DNA of 63,653 bases, filler included, from Welwitschia mirabilis (Eukaryota), in NCBI GenBank assembly GCA_051453625.1. It is 4 parts of one record of this genome, joined end to end, with 100 filler letters (N's around TTAATTAATTAA, not from the genome) between each part and the next. Parts side by side here need not be neighbours in the genome. Positions count along the whole stretch, not along the records: positions 49,996 to 59,650 come from JBOZIK010000001.1; positions 59,751 to 63,653 come from JBOZIK010000001.1; 2 more parts are not named here. One strand, written 5' to 3'. Both the position numbers and the translations under genes were made by a program. This document shows positions 54,147 to 63,653 of this stretch, piece by piece. A model generated the notes under the pieces. It made no database searches, was not told the origin of the DNA, and was given only the letters and a program-made list of their open reading frames with translations. The first letter of the stretch is position 1, and each line of letters opens with the position of its first letter.

Positions 54147-54498
54147 TGTTGATAGTGAAACCAAATTTGTTATTTTTAATCTTCTAACGCTATATTTTAA
54201 TGTTGACCCCTTTGTAATGTTGTAAAGGAAACATGTTACTGACTCCTTGGGGTGTTTTATAATTTAAAAAAGGGAAGGTAGTTTGAGTTGGTTTGAAACC
54301 CCTAAAACCTATTTAAAGGTTGCTTAGGGGGTGGGTTTGTAATTCGATTCCCCTTTTCCTCCTTGAAGAAGATTAAGAGCTTTGGCTGTTTCCCATGGCC
54401 TCTCTTGCAAAGGTTTCCACGTAAATTCTTTGTGTGTTCTTTCTTTTGCTTGGTGTTTCAATTTCTTTAGTGCCGATTTATAGTTAAAATTCATAACA
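54147..54498 (+). mobile_element. Small copia-type solo LTR with near-perfect target-site duplication
   Basis: TGTT...AACA termini, flanks TAAAG and TAAAA, TATA-like CCTATTTAAA (~54308), and the LTR-end motif TTTCCACGTAAATTCTTTGTGT. Confidence 0.65.
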
Positions 54499-54849
54499 TA
54501 AAATTAGGTCCACATATGTGACTAGAGAAATGATGATTTTAATGTTGAATGCTCCAAAATAAATGAGAATTCTTGTAAAGTCCATGCCTTATTTTTGCAC
54601 AAAGCCTTTGACTTCAAGCCTTGCCTTAAACTAGACAATTGCAAATCCAGCAATCACAAGGAACACAAACTATTCTTGTAGCTCAAGCCACAACCTACAT
54701 GTGAATGCAAATGGCTTCAACTACAACCACACCCTCATAGGGAGTCCTTGCCCTGCTTTTATAGCCTTTGCTAGCCTTAGGATTTGATACAAAGCCCACA
54801 CACTCCTTTTTTACCTTTTTCCTTTTTGACTTTATTAACATGGGTTACT

Positions 54850-55281
54850 TTTGACATAAAAGGGGAGGTATAAGGTTTGGCTTCATAACTATGAACAATT
54901 TCCGACTTGAAGGCAAATCCCTCACCTTTCAAGAAACCTACAACAAAAAACCAATCTAAAGAGTTATGCTAGTTATAAACAATCTTTAAGTTATGAAGCT
55001 ACAAGTCCAAGCAATGAAGTGCAAAGCTTATGCTTGCTCACATGTAAAACTTTTGTTAGTGTTAACAACATTGTATGAATCTTCCAAATCTGCACATCAC
55101 CATTCTCAATCATTTCATGAATATAGTGGAACCTCAGGTCAATATGCTTAGTCCTAGTATGATAAGCAGAATTTTTGGCCAAGTGAAGGGCACTCTGACT
55201 ATCACAAAGTAGAGTATAATACTTCTATGTCTTTCCCAACAAATCAAGAAGTTGTCTCAGCCACAACATTTCTTTGTAGGT
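54850..55281 (-). pseudogene. Ty1/copia RNase H C-terminus and 3' region
   Basis: CDSQSALHLAKNSAYHTRTKHIDLRFHYIHEMIENGDVQIWKIHT. Confidence 0.9.
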
Positions 55282-56659
55282 NNNNNNNNNNNNNNNNNNN
55301 NNNNNNNNNNNNNNNNNNNNNNNNNNNNNNNNNNNNNNNNNNNNNNNNNNNNNNNNNNNNNNNNNNNNNNNNNNNNNNNNNTTGCTTTTTTTGAAGTTGA
55401 ACTAGACTTTCCCCATGCCCGACCAAAGTCCTTTTGCTAGTTTGCTTTTGCCATTAGAGCCTAAGGATGGAGGAAATAATCAAGAATCTATTGAAAACAA
55501 ACACAAGAAACAAATTGGAAGCAAACAAGAATGTTTTCATTTGATTTAATGATTCGTTACAGATTCCACAATACAAAAAAAAAAAAAAAAAAAAAGAAAT
55601 GAGTTGATACTAAAAAACATTGGTAATACTTTTACAAATTGTAATGGGAGAAAGGTGAATGGATGAGACATTGAGAATTATAAAAATCATAGACAAGAAT
55701 TAAAATGCTTAAGTGCTTAACTACCAAATAAGAAATAATGCTTGATTACTAGATACATCTAAGTATTGACTCATACTTGAGCTTCTTACTTTCTATTATC
55801 TAAGATTCTAATGAATTTCCATATCTATAATCTTGTAAAATAAGCAAAAGGAATTTCCATATTTATAATTTTGTAAGATAAGCAAATGGTGTAATTGGGG
55901 CTTATGCTACCACAAAAATATAGTCATAAAGTAATATACTAATTCGCTACAAATAAAGAAGAAAAAGAGCCCCTCTTGCAAATGAAAAAAACTTGATAAA
56001 TGATAAGAACACAAGTCTTGTTTTCTAGGTTTTAGTTTTTAGAAGTTAAGAAATGCTCAAAATTTGAAACTGATAAATCAAAACTTCTTCCAACCTTTTC
56101 CAAGTGAATAATAATCTTTGATTCAGGTGACTCAAATTGTTTTCCAAGTGTTGGAGACTCATGAGAGGAATGAAGAATGAACGAAATGAAGCAATCTATC
56201 CTTTTTCCCCCTTTTTTTTGCCTTTAAAATGGTCAGTTATGTGTCAGTCATTCTAGATTCATGGAATTGTGGGAGTCACGCTTCGTAGGTGGAGAGCGGG
56301 AATCACGATTTTAATGATTGGAATCACGATTTTTAGGAAAACACAGTTTCGGGGTAATTCAGCCGGTTTTTCGGGAATGACAATTCGGGATTGTTGGAAT
56401 TGCAACTCTAATTTGCTTTTTAATTGTATGGCTCCATCTGATTGATTGCAAAACTAGCAGTCATAAGGAACATAAGTTATTTCGCTAGACTAAATCACTA
56501 ACAGAGGCGAGATTTCAAATCAGTACAACTACAATAACACCCTTATAAGGAAACCCTACCCTAGTTTTATGGCCTTAGGTGGTCTCAGAGTTTGATCCAA
56601 AGCCTTAAATTAATATTAACCCCACATACCTCCTCCACTCCCTCTCCCCACCCAAAGTT

Positions 56660-57351
56660 TGAATTTATTTTTAACTTGACATAGGGTTGCTTTTAACATA
56701 ACATGAGACATATAAGATTTGGCTTCATAATAACTAACATTCTCTCACTTGAAGGTAAAAACTTCCTACCTTTCAAGCAAAATATAACAAAAAAACAATC
56801 TAAAGGGTTATGCTGGCTGTAAGTAAGCTTCATCTTATGAAGCATCATGTCCAAGCGATGAAGTGCAAAGCTAGGGCTTCCCCATAAGCACAACTTGTAT
56901 CAAAGTGTCAGCAATATTGTCCTTTGTATGAGTCTGTTGAATCTGTACATTGCCATTCTCATTCACTTCACAAACATAGTGAAACCTTAGGTCAATATGC
57001 TTAGTCCTAGCATGATAAGAAGAATTTGCAGCTAGGTGAAGAGATCTTTTACTATTACAAAATAGAGCATAATTTTTCTATTTCGTTTTCAACAAAAAAA
57101 GAAATTGTCTCAACCATTACATTTCTTTGTAGGTTTCCATCAAAGCAATGTATTAGATTTTATTGTGCACAAAGTTACCAAGGATTGAAGCCATGATATC
57201 CGATTAGCAGCATGTCCACCAAAAGTGAAAACATACCTTGTAGTGGAACGCATAGGGTCCACGTCAACAAAATCTGTATCAACATACGCCGTCACTTGGA
57301 GGCTTCCTCTTGCAAACCGTAATCTTTGTAACTAAGTACATTTTAAGTATC
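56660..57351 (-). pseudogene. Second related copia RT-end/RNase H fragment
   Basis: RYLK...AYVDTDFVDVDPMRSTTRYVFTFGGHA, then HLAANSSYHARTKHIDLRFHYVCE...IQQTHTKDNIADTL. Similar to 54900-55280. Confidence 0.9.
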
Positions 57352-58581
<1,230 letters not shown>

Positions 58582-58599
58582 GTCATATTCTCTAGCGCA

Positions 58600-59254
58600 A
58601 TCGTTGAGGCTAATGAGTGAAGATTATCCCTTGGGGGTAGGACTTAATTGGCATTAAAATTAAATGAGATTTGAATTGAATAGATCTTGGAAATGCCAAT
58701 TTGTCAAGTTTCTAACAACTATATTTCTTCTTCTTTAAAAGGCTAAAAGCAATTCATTTTCTGACTAATGAATTTTGTGNNNNNNNNNNNNNNNNNNNNN
58801 NNNNNNNNNNNNNNNNNNNNNNNNNNNNNNNNNNNNNNNNNNNNNNNNNNNNNNNNNNNNNNNNNNNNNNNNNNNNNNNNNNNNNNNNNNNNNNNNNNNN
58901 NNNNNNNNNNNNNNNNNNNNNNNNNNNNNNNNNNNNNNNNNNNNNNNNNNNNNNNNNNNNNNNNNNNNNNNNNNNNNNNNNNNNNNNNNNNNNNNNNNNN
59001 NNNNNNNNNNNNNNNNNNNNNNNNNNNNNNNNNNNNNATTCATGTCTCTCCCTAAAGAGTGGAGTAGGCACATTGTCGAACCACTATAAATTCTACGTTT
59101 TGATTATTTTCTTCATTGCCTTATTTTGTATCAATTTTCTCTTATGCAAGGCTGATTAAAATTCTAGGAGTAGAAATAGTTTATTAGTTTGAATTTCAAT
59201 CCTATTAACACACACCACCACCACCCTCCCTCCCCCTAACCTCTAGGATTTTCA
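58600..59254 (+). mobile_element. Copia (Sirevirus-like) 5' LTR, partial
   Basis: Ends in CCCCCTAACCTCTAGGATTTTCA, followed by AT and the PBS. Confidence 0.65.
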
Positions 59255-59256
59255 AT

Positions 59257-59268
59257 TGGTATCAGAGC
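59257..59268 (+). promoter_or_regulatory. Primer-binding site for tRNA-iMet
   Basis: TGGTATCAGAGC, 2 nt after the LTR-terminal CA. Confidence 0.92.
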
Positions 59269-59309
59269 TAGGTTACTCTTAATAGAGTTTTACCACTCTG
59301 AAAGATCAA

Positions 59310-59650
59310 ATGGGATCCAACTTTGATGAAGCCCATTCAATCTCGAGGGCCCCCTTCTTCAATGGATCTAATTATTCCTTTTGGAAAACAAAAATGATTA
59401 TATTTCTAAAATCTCTTAATTTGAATATCTGGGACAGTGTTGTGTGTGACTAATCCGAACCTGTCATTCCTTTGGTAGGTTGGTCAGACGAATAGCGGGA
59501 GGAAGCAAGGCTCAACGCCAAAGCAATGAATGCACTAATATGTGCTCTGAGTCATGAAGAGTATATCCAAGTAGTAAAGTGTTCCTCTACGAAAGAAATC
59601 TGGGACACCCTCGAAATTGCACATTAACATACCAGCATTGTTAAAAATTC
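59310..59650 (+). pseudogene. Copia gag N-terminus with stops
   Basis: MGSNFDEAHSISRAPFFNGSNYSFWKTKMIIFLKSL...NAKAMNALICALSHEEYIQVVKCSSTKEIWDTLEIAH*. Confidence 0.9.
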
Positions 59651-59750
59651 NNNNNNNNNNNNNNNNNNNNNNNNNNNNNNNNNNNNNNNNNNNNTTAATT
59701 AATTAANNNNNNNNNNNNNNNNNNNNNNNNNNNNNNNNNNNNNNNNNNNN
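59651..59750. other. Artificial scaffold spacer
   Basis: 44 N + TTAATTAATTAA (59695-59706) + 44 N. Confidence 0.95.
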
Positions 59751-60480
59751 TTATATCCAAAAGAGCTACTTCATCTTCACTTTCTAGTTCTTTATTAGAT
59801 CCTTCCTTGATATTGGGATTTTCATGAGCAACTATCAATGCTATACTTTTTATCTTCTACTTTCCAAACTTCAGTTCAAATGTATGAAGGTTTCTTTGGA
59901 GCTTATTCATCTTCATGATATTTAGGTCCTTGCTTTATTTGATGTCCATTACTTTAGACTTAAATCTCTTGGGCAGGGATCTTATGCTTTGTGTATACTA
60001 TTGAATCACTTAGGCCATGTATAGAATTAACAATATCTATTAGTTTTGTGAAAAAATCATCTATACCTTCATCTCCTTCCATCTTGATATCTTCAAACTG
60101 AGTGATGAGCATTTGAAGCTTAGCCTACTTTATTAGGCTAGTTTATTCATAAGCAGTCTACAAGATGTCCCATGCTTCTTTTGCTATAATGTAATTTACT
60201 ACTTATTTGAAATATTCTGGACCCATGACACAAAAGATGGCATTTAGTCCTTTGAAATTGCAAGAGGCTATCGACTTTTCTTCAGGTGTTTACTTGTCTT
60301 TAGTCTTCAAAGTAGTTAGCTTGATTACAGGATCCTACACAATAGGAAGACAATAGCCATTAGTGACAAACTTCTATGACTCAAGATTAATGGATTGAAC
60401 AAAGACCCTCATTTTTGCCTTCCAATAACCATAATTGATTCCATCAAAAAAGGAGGCCTTATGACAGAATTTTCTTCCAA
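59751..60480 (-). pseudogene. Copia gag relic (second element)
   Basis: Minus strand: FFDGINYGYWKAKMRVFVQSIN, NFKGLNAIFCVMGPEYFK, AKEAWDIL*TAYE, AKLQMLITQFEDIKMEGDEGIDDFFTKLIDIVNS. Confidence 0.88.
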
Positions 60481-60544
60481 GGGCTGACTTATTTTATAGG
60501 GTTGATTGGAGCAGAGATCTGTTAGAATCTGTTGTTCAACCTTT

Positions 60545-61996
60545 CTCTAATACCAATTGAAAATACAGATCGAATCTAATAGGGAGGAATAGGTTGTAAG
60601 AAAAATATTCATCCACTTTGAAGACCTACAAATAAAATTCAAACACACCACTAAAAATCATAGAATATGTTAATGGTGGATAGACACCACCCTTCAGCTT
60701 TTAGACCACCTGTCTCTAGCTAGTATAGATTAACCTCAAAGTTTGATTTTCATGCTCTTGATAAATCTATACATTCACTAGAGTATTTTGGGACTAATCT
60801 ATAACCACAAATAAAAGTATATAAGCAAAGTGCACAAATGCACAATTATACTCCATAGGAATAAGAGATATAACAAGCTCTTACAAGTGATGGTATGAAG
60901 AGAAGCTCCCAACATAAATTTGAACTCATAGTCATTTAAGTACAGAATGATTGATGTAATAGTTTAATATCAAAAGAGGTGGCCTTCACTTTAGATAGGA
61001 AAGTACTTAAATAGAGTAACCAAAAGAGTTAACCATTTGAAGATAAAAAGTGGATCATTGCAATGGATTCCACACTTTTTCATGAATTATGAAAGTATAA
61101 CAGCTATATTTATAATACGTTGGGTTGACCTCAAAATAAACTTGGTTACCCTAGTATTTTGTTGCTCTTGTTTGTTTCATTCTGTCATCCTTCCTTTATT
61201 TGGATTTATCAGTCTGTTGTATAGGAACATTTATTTCCCCTTCAATAAACATGGGGCTGATATTATTTAAGTTACCCTAACTTGAGATACTGATTAACCT
61301 CTTTACAATAGTTTTTAGGTAGTAGGCAATTGCCCTTAATTAAACACTTAGCTGCCCTTATTATTAGTAGATTAAAATTTTTAGAATACAGTTTGATCGC
61401 CCTTAAGCATATAATCGGTCGCCTGTTTTTATCTTAGCTTGCCATAAATTTGAAAGTCGATTGCCCTATGCAACATGCATGGCCACCCATGGTAGAACTA
61501 GTCTTCATCTAATTAATAGTTTAGTCACCCTAACTTGGAATCTCGGTCACTCAATACTGACGTAGATTTACCTTACTAATAGTCTGGTCACCCTTTGAAT
61601 TCCATGCGGTACCTCACTTATTGTTTAGTGTAATTTCATATAACAGGTCGGTCACCCAGATTTATATAGTAGATACCTAGTGTTGGAAAATCTCCGCACA
61701 ATAACTAACTCCAAAAAAACTCATTTAATTTGATCAATGACAATAGATTCTCAATAAAGGGATAACCATTCATAAGATATAAATAAACTATAATTATTTT
61801 AAAGATGTCTCGATTATCTTCTTAGAAGTAAACATCCATCAAATTAGAGCTATGAAGAAGGGATTATAGGAATTTAAAAAGGATTTTGAACTAGATATAA
61901 GTTGATAAAATATCAAAGCATACTTTATGATTACTTAGCACAACATGCACAAAGTAATGATTAGAACGTTGAAGATGTAGGATATGGAAGAGACGT
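60545..61996 (-). mobile_element. Decayed PBS and Sirevirus-like 5' LTR of the second copia element
   Basis: Reverse of TCA-AT-TGGTATTAGAG at 60545-60560, a GGGAGGAATAGG end motif, and repeated GGTCGCCC/GGTCACCC motifs at 61390-61660. The distal boundary is uncertain. Confidence 0.7.
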
Positions 61997-62200
61997 CACT
62001 ACAATAAAATAACTTTTAATGACAAATTTTAATGATTGTTTTTCACTATCATCATATTAATATTAGAATTTTAAATCAATTATGATTAAAAACCATCATC
62101 AAATATTTATTTTCTAAAGAAAATTAATGATAATTTATAATCATCATCAAAATTTTAAACAATGATGGTTTTAATCCATCACAAAATATACTCATATTAA
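61997..62200 (+). mobile_element. CACTA terminal inverted repeat and subterminal repeats
   Basis: CACTACAATAAAATAACTTTTAATGAC, followed by repeated TGATGGTT/CCATCATCAAA motifs in both orientations (CpG-decayed subterminal repeats). Confidence 0.75.
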
Positions 62201-62360
62201 AAGCATATTTTTTGGTTAATCATTTTGTTCTCACATGCCTATAGTTTTTTTCATTACCAAGGCTTTTTCCACCATCAATAATACTAGAATAGCTTAATTC
62301 ACCAAGTGTTTTTTTATTGCTAAGATTTTCTGACCACCAGAAACATCATAATTTCTCAAT

Positions 62361-62975
62361 TACCACTTCTTAGACTTCTTGAAACTAGTAATTAAACAAT
62401 GATGGGCTTGTAGTCTAATTCCATCTACATTAGGATCACATTCACATGAATGAAGGGTACATAATCATTTCTAAGAATCTTAATTACATTCTTATTTGCC
62501 TTTACTTTGAGTAATTCCTTGAGAATCCTAATCAGATCTAAAATAGACACATACAATGTGTTATCCACATTATAGATCCTCAACTATGTAGGACCTATCT
62601 TCTTCCCACAATTACCATTACTCTTTTATCTACTATCTAGAGCATCTATATATCCCTTCACAATGTCATCAATGTAGGTAAAATCACTAATAATATTAAT
62701 GTTCTTAGAATCCTAAAAGATGGAAATAGTTTTACCTTGAAAAATGTCCTTTATGAAGAAGAAATTTACAATGTTAGGCCTTTCCCAGGGGCCATAAATA
62801 GTAAAAAAATGTAGCTAAATAATGAATAAGTTATTTATGTAGTTATCCATGTGAGAAATCTCTTTGTTAGTCTTCTTTTAGTCACCTACAAACTTGTAGG
62901 CTAGTCCTCCTAATGGGTTTCAGAGAATGGACTCTCTTTGTTAAGATCATAGATAAAACTATAAGATGCTATATT
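62361..62975 (-). pseudogene. GAE: UDP-glucuronate 4-epimerase fragment (C-terminal half)
   Basis: ASYSFIYDLNKESPFSETH*ED*PTSL; KEISHMDNYINNLFII*LHFFTIYGPWERPNIVNFFFIKDIFQGKTISIF; SDFTYIDDIVKGYIDALDSR*KSNGNCGKKIGPT*LRIYNVDNT; LIRILKELLKVKANKNVIKILRNDYVPFIHVNV. All are colinear with plant GAE proteins. Confidence 0.92.
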
Positions 62976-63029
62976 ATGATAAGTTAATGCATGTAATAAT
63001 GCAAATAAAGTAGCTTAATTTGATCTTTA

Positions 63030-63653
63030 TAGTCATGAGGTATCTCATTCTTTAGAAAAGCTGAGATTGTGGCTTATGCCCGATTAATGATAAACAATTT
63101 ATTTTAAGAAGGTAATTTTTTTGAATCATGGATAGCATATAGTGAAGAACTTAATAATGATTAAAAAAATGTCATTTTTCTTTGTAATAAAGTGGCCTAA
63201 AGCACATCTTAGTGAAACCAAAATTAGTAGAGGGTCTAGGTCTAATTAACTCCATAAAGATGAACAAGGCACTAATTTTATCTTAGCTTTGGGATCTAGC
63301 TCTCAAGAAGGACAACCTATGGATTACATGGTGTCATGAATACTATTTTAAACACTCAAAAATTTGGCATTATCAAGTAAAGTAGACCACTTCTTGGGTC
63401 ATTTGAAAAGTGTTAAAGTTAAGAGCCCTAGTAGATATTTGTAGTTATCCAGCATCAAATCCTTTGATTTAGAAAGCCCTTGGTATCCCTTTCTTTACTT
63501 CTTCCACATATTCTTAGTTATGTGATCATTATTCCAATGTAGATTGGGGCTCCTTAATCTAGAATAGATATTTCACTCCCAAATACTCCTTTATATCTTG
63601 ATTGACCTATAACAATAGGCTCTCTAAAAAAGAAAGATTATTCAAGTTTAGAA
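63030..63653 (+). mobile_element. L1-type LINE ORF2 fragment (post-RT region)
   Basis: NKVA*..., PKLVEGLGLINSIKMNKALIL, then WDLALKKDNLWITWCHEYYFKHSKIW...SWVI*KVLKLR, matching KVAW...PKxEGGLG...NKAL...W...KDSLWVKW. Confidence 0.8.

Noticed and set aside
59310-60480. Convergent gag genes as an inverted structure
   Set aside because: They are separated by an artificial spacer and are different elements.

Overview
AT-rich, repeat-saturated angiosperm nuclear DNA from a fragmented assembly. Three identical spacers (44 N + TTAATTAATTAA + 44 N) split the window into four joined pieces: 1-23884, 23985-49895, 49996-59650 and 59751-63653. No intact protein-coding gene, rRNA, tRNA or CRISPR array is visible. 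The content is mostly decayed, nested transposons: three L1-type LINE relics, an Athila-like Ty3/gypsy element (gag-PR-RT-RH-INT), Sirevirus-like and other Ty1/copia pieces, solo LTRs, and CACTA elements (one with a near-complete TnpD/TnpA region). The most notable host-derived sequence is an intronless, decayed chimeric retrocopy on the minus strand at about 44885-46113. It fuses the first ~139 codons of a RabE1 (Rab8-type) GTPase in frame to the C-terminal part of a CDB1/At4g37920-family chloroplast protein, and it lies upstream of a CACTA transposase 5' end. A UDP-glucuronate 4-epimerase (GAE) fragment lies just inside another CACTA terminus. Many ~100-N gaps are flanked by diverged duplicate copies of the same sequence, probably an assembly effect. 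All family calls come from manual translation and recalled motifs; no database search was run.
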